Below are positions 23,801-37,066 of a DNA stretch of 64,000 nt, one piece after another. The position numbers and the translations under genes are program-made. The notes beneath the pieces were generated by a model. It saw only the letters and a program-made list of their open reading frames with translations. It ran no database searches and was not told where the DNA came from. This DNA is from Macrostomum lignano (lineage: Eukaryota). The stretch spans positions 310,001 through 374,000 of the forward strand of contig NIVC01001007.1 in assembly GCA_002269645.1 (NCBI GenBank), given 5' to 3'. Within the stretch, counting starts at the first letter, position 1; each line of letters begins with the position of its first letter.

Positions 23801-26800
23801 CGGGGTGAGACAGGGTGAGACAGACAGTGAGACAGGGTGAGAAAGACAGCGAGACAGGGTGAGACATGGTGAGACAGACAGCGTGACAGGGTGAGACAGA
23901 CAGTGAGACAGGGTGAGACAGACAGTGAGACAGACAGTGAGTCGGGGTGAGACAGGGTGAGACAGACAGTGAGACAGGGTGAGAAAGACAGTGAGACAGG
24001 GTGAGACAGACAACAGCATCTCACAGCTCTATCGCAGGCCTCCTTCAGCCTCCGACACCGCGCCTGGCTCTGCGCCAATTCCCTTCGAAGCCGTTCCACC
24101 TCGCCAGCCAGTCGATCTCGCTCCGCCGACGCCTTCTGACGTGCCCGACGGCACTGCAGCAGCTGCTGCTGAAGAGCGCCAGTCCGAGCCTGCAGCCTGG
24201 CAACGAACATCGGTCGATGTGCATCGCCCTGGCTCTTGGCTCTGTTGGCGATCGCTCTGCCAAGACTGCGGCCGCTGTCCGGCTGACGCAGCTGTCGTTC
24301 GTCGACATCCTCGAGACCGTCGACGGAGGCATCGTCGAAATCTTTGTGCGCGGCGGTTCTTCCATCGCCGCAGTCATCCGTTGGCACGTCCTCCCAGCCG
24401 CAATCTTCGCCGTCTTCGTCGTACTCGTCGTCGATAATCGAAGCGGATTCGGCGTTTATTTGCGATCGACTATTCGCCGTTGCTGTTGGTCGATTGTGAT
24501 TGGCTCGGCGAGCGGCGGTCGCGGCGCCGGTTCTGAGGCCGCTGACTCGACGGCCGAGATGACGCAGGTAACGTTTCATTTCGATTAGAACCTGAGAGAA
24601 GTTCAATTTTTTTTATAAAATAACGAGAATTGAATTGCGGATCGCGCTCAAACTACACTACTCAAAGTAGAAATAAAAGAAAGTTTAAAAACTTCAACAG
24701 AAAAAACGGTATTAGCTAATGCATTTCTGATTTGCCTACTGATAGTAGACAAATCGGGTTTTTATTGTATATTTAAAAGTTCCGCTAACCTGACTCTTGC
24801 GCGCCAATTCTGCGCGCACCGATTCTGCGCGTTCTTCTGCTTCGCGCCTGGCGCGCGCGTGACCCTCCAGCTCGCGAGTCTGCCGACCAATCAGATCGCG
24901 CAGCTGCAACACCTTGCGTCGGGCACTATCCAGCTCATTAGTGAGCTCTCGCACCTCATCAGGTTGAGCAGCGGCAGCTTGAGCTGCTGAGTTGGCGGAC
25001 TCAAGAGCCTGGCTAAGCTCTGCGTTGGCACGCCTCTCAAAGTCTAACGATTTGCGCAACTGCTGGCCTGTGGCCGCGTGCTCGTCTAATTGCACCTGCA
25101 CCAGGGCCAGTTCGTTCTGCAAGCGCGCACTGAAAATTGAGACAGATGATTGCTGATAAAAAGATTCCTTTGAAGTTGCCGCCGCTACCAAAATGCTATT
25201 TTATCTATTAGATGATTTTTTTATTAAAGATAAGAATCTTTTGATGTTGCCGGCGCTAGTTTAATTAAATTCATCTAAACTGCTATATAGTTCATCTATA
25301 CAGATGATTCCAATTTGAAGATAAAAATCTAGCTTTTGATGTCGTCGCCGCTCCGCTAGTACTCTATTTTACTCTTTTTATCAAGAGTTCAATATTAATT
25401 AGTGGACAAAACTGCTATATATAATTGTTGAGAGGAGAGGAGCTCAGCGAGTTCACAAACATAAGGATACCGTCAGGGTTACTGTGATATTTCGGACATT
25501 TAATATCGGCGATATTTCACTTCTACGACACACATCTCCGACACTCCATATCTCCGACACTTCATATCTCTGATGATTCACATATCTCCGACACTCCATA
25601 TCTCCGACACTCCATATCTCCGACACTCCATATCTCCGACACTCCACATCTCCGACACTCCACATCTCCAACACTCCACATCTCCAACACTCCACATCTC
25701 CAACACTCCATATCTCCGACACTCCATATCTCCGACACTTCATATCTCTGATGATTCACATATCTCCGACACTTCATATCTCCGACACTTCACATCTCCG
25801 ACACTCCATATCTCCGACACTCCACATCTCCGACACTCCATATCTCCGACACTCCATATCTCCGACACTCCATATCTCCGACACTCCATATCTCCGACAC
25901 TCCATATCTCCGACACCCGCCAAGGTACTCAAGCATCTTTTTAAGAAATCCTACCTATTATCAGCTAGCATTAAACTTTCATGTGGTTACTACTACAAAG
26001 CTCAAAGTAGACAGAGCAGAAATTCGCTTTATATTCTATTCTCACTACTCCTAAGTAGGATGTTCTCTGTAAACTAAACCTGATCGATCGACTGACTCAC
26101 TTCTCTTCAAGCAGTCGCTCAGTCTCCAGCCGCTGTTCAGCATCAGCTTTGGCCTGGCGCAGTGAAGCCTTCAGCGCAGTCACCCTGGCGGATTTATTGC
26201 GCAACTCGCCGCTCAGCCGGGCAGCTTCAGCGTCCCGCAGTTTCAACTCGGCCTCGGCAGCGGCTGCCCGCTTATTGGCTGCGTTCACCTTGCTCTGCAG
26301 TTCCACCATGGCCTGCGGCACTGGCGTTGTGCCAACATTGCGCAGACGGCTTTTCAAATTGGCCACCTGAGCCTCCAGCTGGGCCACTTTGTACGGATAG
26401 TCTGTCACGGGCGAGGTCGCGGCCGAAGGTCGCGCAGCAGCGTCGTCGTTGCCTTCGGCTGCTAGACAGCGAGATTCCAACTCGCTGCATCGGTCGCGCC
26501 AGCGTTGAAGTTCGGTTCTCAGGCCGGTGATCTCGTCTGATTGAGTCTCCAGCATGGCCTGCAATTGAGTCATTTGTCAATTGGCTTGGCCTGGCAGCAA
26601 TTTTGTGGCTTTTGTGGGTCTATGAACTTTTCTTCTGTGTTTACTTCTGGGAAGTTTACTGGTAGGATGTTTAATTGTAGAATGTTTACTTGCAGAATGT
26701 TTAATTGCAGGATGTTTAATTGTAAGATGTTTACTTGCAGAATGTTTAATTGTAGGATGTTTACTTGCAGAATGTTTAATTGTAGGATGTTTACTTGTAG

Positions 26801-29800
26801 GATGTTTAATTTTAGGATGTTTAATTGCAGGATGTTTAATTGCAGGATGTTTAATTGCAGGATGTTTAATTGTAGGATGTTTACTTGCAGAATGTTTAAT
26901 TGTAGGATGTTTAATTGTAGGATGTTTAATTGTAGGATGTTTAATTGTAGGATGTTTATTTGTAGGATGTTGACTATGTAATAATAGATTATCTATGTGT
27001 ATATAGTATTTAAAATCTGATTTTCACCTGAGTTCCCTCTTGAAGCGATTGAACCTGCTGCAGCAGAGCTGCCTGACCTTCCAGTTGATCGCGGCGCTCT
27101 TTATCGGCGGCTGCTGCTGCGCGCGCTGCCCGACTTTCGTCGAGCGATTGGCGCGCCGCCAGCCGCGCGCTAGCCGCCTGGTCGCGCAGTTCGGCGGCTT
27201 CGGCTTGCAGGGCGCCAACTTGGGCGCGCAGGCGGCTGGCCTCAGCTTCGCTGCGCGCCAGACTGTCGCGCGCCAAAGTGTCGTGACTTTGCGCGCCGCG
27301 CTCGACATTTTTTAGCTGGCGGAGAAAAATTGAGATGGTCATACTGGTCATACAGATTGGCAATACTGGTCATACAGATTGGCAATACTGGTCATACAGA
27401 TTGGCAATACTGGTCATACAGATTAGTAATACTGGTCATACAGATTGGCAATACAAGTCATACAGATTAGTAATACTGGTCATACAGATTGGCAATACAA
27501 GTCATACAAATTAGTAATACTGGTCATACAGATTGACAATACTGGTCATACAGATTAGTAATACTGGTCATACAGATTGGCAATACTGGTCATACAGATT
27601 AGTAATACTGGTCATACAGATTGGCAATACTGGTCATACAGATTGGCAATACAAGTCATACAGATTAGTAATACTGGTCATACAGATTGGCAATACTGGT
27701 CATACAGATTAGTAATACTGGTCATACAGATTGGCAATACTGGTCATACAGATTAGTAACACTGGTCATACAGATTGGCAATACTGGTCATACAGATTAG
27801 TAATACTGGTCATACAGATTGGCAATACAAGTCATACAGATTAGTAATACTAGTCATACAGATTGACAATACTGGTCATATTGATTGGTGATACTGGTCA
27901 TACAGATTGGCAATACTGGTCATACAGATTAGTAATACTGGTCATACAGATTGGCAATACTGGTCATACAGATTGGCAATACTGGTCATACAGATTAGTA
28001 ATACTGGTCATACAGATTGGCAATACTGGTCATACAGATTGGTAATACTGGTCATACAGATTGGCAATACTGGTCATACAGATTGGCAATACTGGTCATA
28101 CAGATTGGCAATACTGGTCATACAGATTGGCAATACTGGTCATACAGATTGGCAATACTGGTCATACAGATTGGCAATACTGGTCATACAGATTGGCAAT
28201 ACTGGTCATACAGATTGGCAATACTGGTCATACAGATTGGCAATACTGGTCATACAGATTGGCAATACTGGTCATACAGATTGGTAATACTGGTCATACA
28301 GATTGGCAATACAAGTCATACAGATTAGTAATACTGGTCATACAGATTGACAATACTGGTCATATTGATTGGTGATACTGATCATACAGATTAGTAATAC
28401 TGGTCATACAGATTGGCAATACTGGTCATACAGATTGGCAATACTAGTCATACAGATTGGCAATACTGGTCATACAGATTGGCAATACTGGTCATACAGA
28501 TTGGCAATACTGGTCATATTGATTGGCAATACTAGTCATACAGATTGGCAATACTGGTCATACAGATTGGCAATACTGGTCATACAGATTGGCAATACTG
28601 GTCATATTGATTGGCAATACTGGTCATACAGATTGGCAATACTGGTCATACAGATTGGCAATACTGGTCATATTGATTGGTGATACTGGTCATATTGATT
28701 GGTAATGCTGGTCATACAGATTGGTAATACTGGTCATACAGATTAGTAATACTGGTCATACAGATTAGTAATACTGGTCATACAGATTGGCAATACTGGT
28801 CATACAGATTGGCAATACTGGTCATAATCATACAGATTGTTAAATCTGTAACTGCATTGATACATAGGTCATAAAGGATTCAAGCGAATCGAATCACCAA
28901 TTAACTCACCTGTCCGTTAAGGTGGCGATTTTTATCGTGCAAGCCGACAATTTCGGCGTCAAGTCGTTCGACTCTTTCTAACAAATCCGATTTTCTGCGT
29001 TGGGAGACAATAACAAATTTATTACATAGAGTTTTTACCAAACTAAATTTATCTCTTTTATACGTCTCTTTTACGTATGAGGATTGCTTGCAGAGTAAAC
29101 TCTCGCTCCAAATCTGCGTCCTTGGTTCGAATCCACAGCGTAGCCAAATTAATAATTTAGATTAAAGCGCAAGAAGACGCTACGGCACCAAGACATGAAG
29201 AAACCAAGGCACCAAGACATGAAGACACCAAGACATGAAGACACCAAGGCACCAAGACATGAAGACACCAAGACATGAAGACACCAAGGCACCAAGACAT
29301 GAAGACACCAAGGCACCAAGACATGAAGACACCAAGACATGAAGACACCAAGGCACCAAGACATGAAGACACCAGGGCACCAAGACATGAAGACACTGCC
29401 GGCGCCAAGACATGAAGACACCAAGGCACCAAGACATGAAGACACCAAGGCACCAAGACATAAAGACACTGCCGGCGCCAAGACATGAAGACACTGCCGG
29501 CGCCAAGACATGAAGACACCAAGGCACCAAGACATGAAGACACCAAGGCACCAAGACATGAAGACACCAAGGCACCAAGACATGAAGACACTGCCGGCGC
29601 CAAGACATGAAGACACCAAGGCACCAAGACATGAAGACACTGCCGGCGCCAAGACATGAAGACACCAAGGCACCAAGACATGAAGACACCAAGGCACCAA
29701 GACATGAAGACACCAAGACATGAAGACACCAAGGCACCAAGACATGAAGACACCAAGACATGAAGACACCAAGGCACCAAGACATGAAGACACCAAGGCA

Positions 29801-30896
29801 CCAAGACATGAAGACACCAAGACATGAAGACACCAAGGCACCAAGACATGAAGACACCAGGGCACCAAGACATGAAGACACTGCCGGCGCCAAGACATGA
29901 AGACACCAAGGCACCAAGACATGAAGACACCAAGGCACCAAGACATAAAGACACTGCCGGCGCCAAGACATGAAGACACTGCCGGCGCCAAGACATGAAG
30001 ACACCAAGGCACCAAGACATGAAGACACCAAGGCACCAAGACATGAAGACACCAAGGCACCAAGACATGAAGACACTGCCGGCGCCAAGACATGAAGACA
30101 CCAAGGCACCAAGACATGAAGACACTGCCGGCGCCAAGACATGAAGACACCAAGGCACCAAGACATGAAGACACCAAGGCACCAAGACATGAAGACACCA
30201 AGGCACCAAGACATGAAGACACTGCCGGCGCCAAGACATGAAGACACCAAGGCACCAAGACATGAAGACACCAAGGCACCAAGACATGAAGACACCAAGG
30301 CACCAAGACATGAAGACACCAAGGCACCAAGACATGAAGACACCAAGGCACCAAGACATGAAGACACGAAGGCACCAAGACATGAAGACACGAAGGCACC
30401 AAGACAGCTCTTTGAAGAAACAAACTAACCTTCTGTGTCAATACAGTAACTCATGTTACTTTCGATACATACCGGATTATCTACTATACAAAGACTCACT
30501 GCTTCATTAGTCCGGACATTTCCGAAGACAGTCGAGCATTTTGCGACTCCAATTCAGCTAATCGAGCGTCTTTTGCTTGCAAAATTTGCAACACCTTTTG
30601 ATCTTTAGCTTCTGCCCGTTCTCGCTCTCTGAAATAAAGAAAGCAGTTTATTTGATTGAAAAAAAGTAAAATATAAACACACGGTGCAGGTCGTGTCGAA
30701 TTAACAATGCGACTCACCTTTGAGCAACCAGACTAACAGCTTGACCAACATCGGGCGTCGTAGCTTGCAACTTCTTCCACAAAGACCAGACAAACTCTTT
30801 GTCGGCGCGCAATTTTGCTAGCTGATCGCGAAGGTCGTCGTTTTCGCTGCGCAATGCCGCAAAACTGCTTGCCGATGGCGTTAGAGGTTCTTCCAT
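20872..30896 (-). CDS. CNTLN: Centlein-like centrosomal coiled-coil protein, about 1021 aa; exons 30896-30718, 30628-30500, 28994-28910, 27315-27028, 26558-26101, 25129-24790, 24591-24025, 23124-22832, 22520-21908, 20985-20872
   Basis: N-terminal LRADKEFVWSLWKKLQATTPDV...VSLVAQRERERAEAKDQKVLQILQAKD and C-terminal ASILNLSDGELDSLL match centlein as recalled; ten exons give 3066 nt in frame with GT-AG junctions. Confidence 0.88.
21115..21706. repeat. 28-bp minisatellite (GTAAGTATCCCCTGAAGTTTCAGAGTTC)n, centlein intron 9
   Basis: About 21 units, followed by a degenerate TCGAATA repeat (21743-21850). Confidence 0.96.
22535..22730. repeat. Degenerate (GGGGCGGAAAT)n-like repeat, centlein intron 8
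   Basis: Repeated GGCGGAAA motif that forms the pyrimidine tract of the acceptor on the sense strand. Confidence 0.75.
23165..24010. repeat. 22-bp minisatellite (GAGACAGGGTGAGACAGACAGT)n, centlein intron 7
   Basis: Direct observation; starts just inside the donor at 24024. Confidence 0.95.
25530..25917. repeat. 16-bp minisatellite (ATATCTCCGACACTCC)n, centlein intron 5
   Basis: Direct observation. Confidence 0.94.
26640..26975. repeat. 15-bp minisatellite (TTAATTGTAGGATGT)n, centlein intron 4
   Basis: Direct observation. Confidence 0.94.
27337..28826. repeat. 22-bp minisatellite (ATACTGGTCATACAGATTGGCA)n, centlein intron 3
   Basis: About 67 units. Confidence 0.97.
29180..30405. repeat. 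24-bp compound minisatellite (ACCAAGACATGAAGACACCAAGGC)n, centlein intron 2
   Basis: Includes 14-bp deletion variants and CTGCCGGCG variants. Confidence 0.96.
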
Positions 30897-32647
30897 TTAT
30901 AAGTAAACGGAAAAGTGGGCGCAACAGTTTTAGTGAAACTGTACCAGTCTAATTGGAGAGAGCATCATGAAGATAAATAAGTGGGAATTTTTTAAACGAT
31001 ATATAAAAAATGGTAAAACGCTCTGAGACGCTGATAGTAGTAAGAAAACTAATTAAGAAAACTTTTATTGAATACTAGGAAAATAAAGAAGAAAAGAAAA
31101 CAAGCATTGCATACGAACTGAATAAAATTCATCTATCACTCTGCAATACATGGTCGATGCTGTTCCTTAACTGATAATGTTTAATTTATATGCATAAATA
31201 TCAAAATAATTATTTTTTCGGCATTCTCTATGCCGCCAACTGGGTGTAACAAATTCAAATTAACATAATAAGGCGCACAACCGATTGAAATTGATAAAGC
31301 AATAAATCAAAATTTAACCATGAAAATTGGAAGCATCCATGTGTTTGAAGCGACCGCATAGTCAATACATGAAACCATTGATATATTGTAAAATTCGCTA
31401 CTAGTACAAAAATCACGGCCTAATTAATTTAAAAAACGGTGAGACACAAGAGAGTCAGTTGGTAACAAAAGACCAAGTACAAAACAGAAAAAAATAATTG
31501 ATAGGAATCAAAATGGAACACATCTGCCAAAGTTGCATACGCACAATTGAATTCCTTGAATAAAATTGACACTTTTATATCTTACTTCCCTTCATACTAT
31601 TCATAAAATTTTAATGGAAAGCAAAACAGAAATGTTCCGAAATAGTTGCGAAAAAAAATAGTTGGCATGGAGACAAAATTCGATGATAAAAATGTTACAG
31701 TTGGGTAGGTAGTAGTACGAAGTACCGATACCAAAGTCTGGATTTAAGAAACTTGTCAGAACAATGTGGGACTGCATCCTTCATAGCACCATCGAAGATA
31801 CAAAGAAAAAAGTCAAGACTTAAATAAATATGGAGATACAGTAGTATAAGTGTTCTGTCGCTATTTTTAAGACATTAGATAAAAACAGACATTTTAAAAT
31901 GATGTATATTTTACACTGTTCTACTAATAGTAGATAAAAAAACCACAGTTGAATGTTTTATAATTAATCTAAAACTGACAAATAGACCAATATAAATGGT
32001 GGGGTGAATTCGCCTTGCGCAGAATTTTTTTGAACTTCTTGCATAAGACACAACACAGCAGCACGTAAATAAGCTAGGTTGATTCTTTATTGCCTGATGG
32101 CAGTCTGCAATCTGCGCGCCCCCTCGGGGGGGGGGGGGGTGGCCAGCCCAAGGATAAGAAAAGAAAAAACGAATGTACATTGAAAAGATAAGAAAACAGG
32201 AATGTACATTAGCTACTGTCCGCGCGGAGAGGGTAGAAGTCGACGCGGGGGGGGGGGGCGAGAAACTTTGGGGCTGTGGAATGCGGCGGATGAGCGAACA
32301 CATTAAGGGGCAGTTTTGAGCGGCAATTAAAGAATGAACTTGGGGGGGGGGTCTGGTGCAAGTTTATCGCCAGCAAGATTAGTCTTAGACAGTTAATAAT
32401 ATGCGGTTTAAAACTGCAACACATTTCATTTCATCTTGGATGTTTAAATTGTACTGCAGGCATTAGGTGAAACGGTGGCGGGTCAAGACAAAGTGAATGA
32501 AATCGACAGGTTAACTCTTATATAACAGAGACAAATAAAGGGTTTGCTAGCAAAATAGCTCTGTTATCTTAAACGGTTCTTAACAAGAAAATCGTTGCAA
32601 TATAATAAACCGAACTAATGTTGAATGAATAAATGAATTTTACATTA

Positions 32648-35110
32648 TTAACCTTTCGATTTATTAAAAGCGTTAGTGAATGGTTGAACTCGCGGAAATG
32701 ACGTCGTTGGCTTAAAAGTGAATCTATCAGCAAAGCCGCGTGACTGGCGTGGCTGCTGCTGTTGAAACTGCTGACGCTGCGCCTGCTGCTGTTGAGGCGG
32801 ACCTGGCGGCGGCACTGACGGAGGAGCGCGAGGCGGCGGCGGCGGCGGAGGCGGTCGACTAGCAACACCTTTTGAAGGGCCCGTTGAAGGCGTTGGAGCC
32901 GGCCTAGGGTGCTGCGGCACTGGCGGCGGCCGCTGCTGCTGTGACTGCGGAGGCAAACTAGGAATCCCGGCTGCTTTTAAACCGGGCATTGCTTTGTTAA
33001 TAGCCGCTTCTGGCGAGGGCGCCTTTCCAACTGGCGGTACGGGAGGCGGAGGCGGCTTCTGCTGCTGTACAGCTGGCGTCGTTGGCGAAACTGGCTTCTG
33101 GCTCTGCGACGGCGGTGGCGGTGGCGGCCCAGATGCGGCTGGCACTGCAGGCTTCAAACCCGGAGATGGAGGCGGCGGAGGCGGCCCAGATGCGGCTGGC
33201 ACTGCGGGCTTCAAACCCGCAGATGGAGGCGGCGGAGGCGGCCCAGATGCGGCTGGCACTGCGGGCTTCAAACCCGCAGATGGAGGCGGCGGAGGCGGCC
33301 CAGATGCGGCTGGCACTGCAGGCTTCAAACCCGCAGATGGAGGCGGCGGAGGCGGCCCAGATGCGGCTGGCACTGCAGGCTTCAAACCCGGAGATGGAGG
33401 CGGCGGAGGCGTTGTTGCTGCAGCTGGTGGGGCATTCGAAGCCGTCGGCTTCAGATTAGCCGCGGGCGGAGGCGGAGCACCCGAGGTGGCAGCAGCGGCG
33501 GGGATGAACGGCTTTGGACCGGGCCGAGAGGCTTTCTGAGCTCCGCCTCCGCCGCCACCTGGGCCCCCTCCGCCTCCGCCAGCTTTATTCTGGCGACGGG
33601 CGATGCGAGCTGCCAGCTCGTCTTGCAGAGAGCCGCCGCCGCCGCCCATTGAAAACGGAGCTGCGGGCCTCGGTCCCGACGAGGTGTCATCGCCTCCGCC
33701 TCCCCCGCCAGCTGCTGGAGACGGTCTGGCCGACGACGGGCCGTTGCCTGGGCAATGGTGGATATTTTGACAGTGCCTATAAGCAAAACCGTTCATTTCA
33801 ATCAAAATATAAGAGCCAGAAGCAGCCAACGAAAACCTGGGAGGGTGACACCCAGTTGCTGAGTTTCTGGGAGGCTGGCCCAGCAACTGAGGATCTGTGA
33901 GGCTGGCCCAGCAACTGACACTCTGGGAGGCCGGCCCAGCAACTGAGGATCTGGGAGGCTGGCCCAGCAACTGAGCATCTGGGAGGCTGGCCCAGCAACT
34001 GAGGATCTGGGAGGCTGGCCCAGCAACTGAGCATCTGGGAGGCTGGCCCAGCAACTGAGGATCTGGGAGGCTGGCCCAGCAACTGAGGATCTGGGAGGCT
34101 GGCCCAGCAACTGAGCATCTGGGAGGCTGGCCTAGCAACTGAGGATCTGGGAGGCTGGCCCAGCAACTAAGGATCTGGGAGGCTGGCCCAGCAACTGAGG
34201 ATCTGGGAGGCTGGACCAGCAACTGAGGATCTGGGAGGCTGGCCCAGCAACTGAGCATCTGGGAGGCTGGCCCAGCAACTGAGGATCTGGGAGGCTGGCC
34301 CAGCAACTGAGGATCTGGGAGGCTGGACCAGCAACTGAGGATCTGGGAGGCTGGCCCAGCAACTGAGGATCTGGGAGGCTGGCCCAGCAACTGAGGATCT
34401 GGGAGGCTGGACCAGCAACTGAGGATCTGGGAGGCTAGCCCAGCAACTGAGGATCTGGGAGGCTGGCCCAGCAAATGACACTCTACGAGGCTGGCCCAGC
34501 AACTGAGGATCTGGGAGGCTGGCCCAGCAACTGGATTTGGGAGGCTGGCCCAGCAACTGGATCTGGGAGGCTGGCCCAACAACTGAGCATCTGGGAGGCT
34601 GGCCCAGCAAATGACACTCTGGGAGGCTGGCCCAGCAACTGAGGATCTGGGAGACTGGCCCAGCAACTGAGGATCTGGGAGACTGGCCCAGCAACTGAGG
34701 ATCTGGGAGGCTGGCCCAGCAACTGAGGATCTGGGAAGCTGGCCCAGCAACTGAGGATCTGGAAAGGTAACTATAATATTTGTGAAGCCATAAGCTCACT
34801 GAGGTATCAGGGGGAGCAGTGCAGCAGCTCACTGAAAACAGCAGAAATAAATAAATGAGCACAAGTCCATAGACTCACTTGGCTTGTCCGATCCAACTAG
34901 TGCAGTGCTGCGATCATTTTTCTCGCTTTCAGGCACTTTCTTTAGCCGTGTACCTTTCTGAATGGCGCCCAGCAGGGCATTTCTATCGTTCCCACCGCCG
35001 GGAGGCTTTGGAGCTCCGCCGCTTGGTGCCTTCGGAGCCGAGGGTGCTGGCGGAGGCGGCGGCGGAGGCGGTGGCGGTGGAGGCGGCGGTGGCGGCGGAG
35101 GTGGCGGCAT
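32648..35110 (-). CDS. WAS/WASL-interacting protein (WIP/verprolin family), about 443 aa; exons 35110-34879, 33747-32648
   Basis: MPPPPP start, WH2 (DRNALLGAIQKGTRLKKV...NDRS), proline-rich middle and C-terminal WASP-binding-like FADRFTFKPTTSFP; phase-1 GT-AG intron. Confidence 0.88.
33855..34762. repeat. 28-bp minisatellite (GGGAGGCTGGCCCAGCAACTGAGGATCT)n, WIP intron
   Basis: About 32 units; includes GACACTCT variants shared with the 20.3-kb array. Confidence 0.96.
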
Positions 35111-35506
35111 GTGGACGATAGTACAGGTTAGAAGAGTGACTGCAATTGTAAAAAATGTTGATTGAACTTCTCTTTTAGTTCCTGAAAGATGCTAAACTGC
35201 AAACGGCTCTTATTAACGTTTAAATAGAGTGGAAAATCTATTTTTAGACTCTGGTGCTTTTTTATACAATGCCCAGCTAATGAGATAATTGTGCTTTAAG
35301 TTATTTGCGTTGCGCACTACTGACTCATATTGTTCAAAATTGGCATATAGAGTAAGCTGAATACTCCTGCACTATATGCATGATTAATCTAGTATGATTC
35401 GAGGGACATACAGGTACATGCGCAACCCCTCTGATTTAAAAAGTAAGTCGGTGTGACTTACTTTTTGACCCAACATGCAACTTACCTATGAAATAAACCT
35501 AAGCAG

Positions 35507-37066
35507 AAGGGCCTGTCAACTTAACCTCATAAAGTGGAGCCTGAGTAACCTATGTACACAAATGATACATCATTCTGCCCACAATGATACCAGGAATATG
35601 TAAACTAATGATACATCATTCTGCCCACAATGATACCAGGAATATGTAAACTAATGATACATCATTCTGCCCACAATGATACCAGGAATATGTAAACTAA
35701 TGATACATCATTCTGCCCACAATGATACCAAGAATATGTAAACTAATGATACATCATTCTGCCCACAATGATACCAGGAATATGTAAACTAATGATACAT
35801 CATTCTGCCCACAATGATACCAAGAATATGTAAACTAATGATACATCATTCTGCCCACAATGATACCAAGAATATGTAAACTAATGATACATCATTCTGC
35901 CCACAATGATACCAAGAATATGTAAACTAATGATACATCATTCTGCCCACAATGATACCAAGAATATGTAAACTAATGATACATCATTCTGCCCACAATG
36001 ATACCAAGAATATGTAAACTAATGATACATCATTCTGCCCACAATGATACCAAGAATATGTAAACTAATGATACATCATTCTGCCCACAATGATACCAAG
36101 AATATGTACACTAATGATACATCATTCTGCCCACAATGATACCAGGAATATGTACACTAATGATACATCATTCTGCCCACAATGATACCAGGAATATGTA
36201 CACTAATGATACATCATTCTGCCCACAATGATACCAAGAATATGTAAACTAATGATACATCATTCTGCCCACAATGATACCAGGAATATGTAAACTAATG
36301 ATACATCATTCTGCCCACAATGATACCAAGAATATGTAAACTAATGATACATCATTCTGCCCACAATGATACCAGGAATATGTACACTAATGATACATCA
36401 TTCTGCCCACAATGATACCAAGAATATGTAAACTAATGATACATCATTCTGCCCACAATGATACCAGGAATATGTACACTAATGATACATCATTCTGCCC
36501 ACAATGATACCAAGAATATGTAAACTAATGATACATCATTCTGCCCACAATGATACCAGGAATATGTACACTAATGATACATCATTCTGCACACAATGAT
36601 ACCAGGAATATGTACACTAATGATACATCATTCTGCACACAATGATACCAGGAATATGTACACTAATGATACATCATTCTGCCCACAATGATACCAGGAA
36701 TATGTACACTAATGATACATCATTCTGCCCACAATGATACCAGGAATATGTACACTAATGATACATCATTCTGCCCACAATGATACCAGGAATATGTAAA
36801 CTAATGATACATCATTCTGCCCACAATGATACCAGGAAGCAGGGTTTGGAAAAAAAGCAACAAAAATTGAACTTGGGAGAAAAAGCAAGGCAATAATTTG
36901 AGGACTATTTTGTCAACTTAAGCTCATAGAGTCCCTAATTCTCCCCTTGCTTGCCAAACCCAGCAGCTCTCTAGTGTGATTGTGAGCAGAATGATATAAT
37001 GTTTGTTTATGGCTTATATATAATTTAATTAGGCTCCACTTTATGAGCTTAAGTTAACAGGCCCTT
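35507..37066. mobile_element. Non-autonomous DNA transposon (36-bp TIRs, GGGCC ends, PIF/Harbinger-like) containing a minisatellite
   Basis: 35507-35542 and 37031-37066 are inverted repeats with 2 mismatches in 36 bp; no clear TSD, so the superfamily is tentative. Confidence 0.75.
35560..36838. repeat. 46-bp minisatellite (AATGATACATCATTCTGCCCACAATGATACCAGGAATATGTAAACT)n
   Basis: About 28 units located between the TIRs. Confidence 0.97.

Noticed and set aside
29072-29146. tRNA-like sequence with GGTTCGAATCC and a CTCCAAA loop
   Set aside because: The B box is present but the D and anticodon stems do not pair; at best a decayed tRNA or SINE relic.
32115-32350. Poly-G runs as G-quadruplex elements
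   Set aside because: Isolated homopolymers of uncertain length with no supporting pattern.
36839-36964. GCAGGGTTTGG / CCAAACCCAGC as a nested hAT MITE
   Set aside because: An 11-bp imperfect inverted repeat with no TSD.
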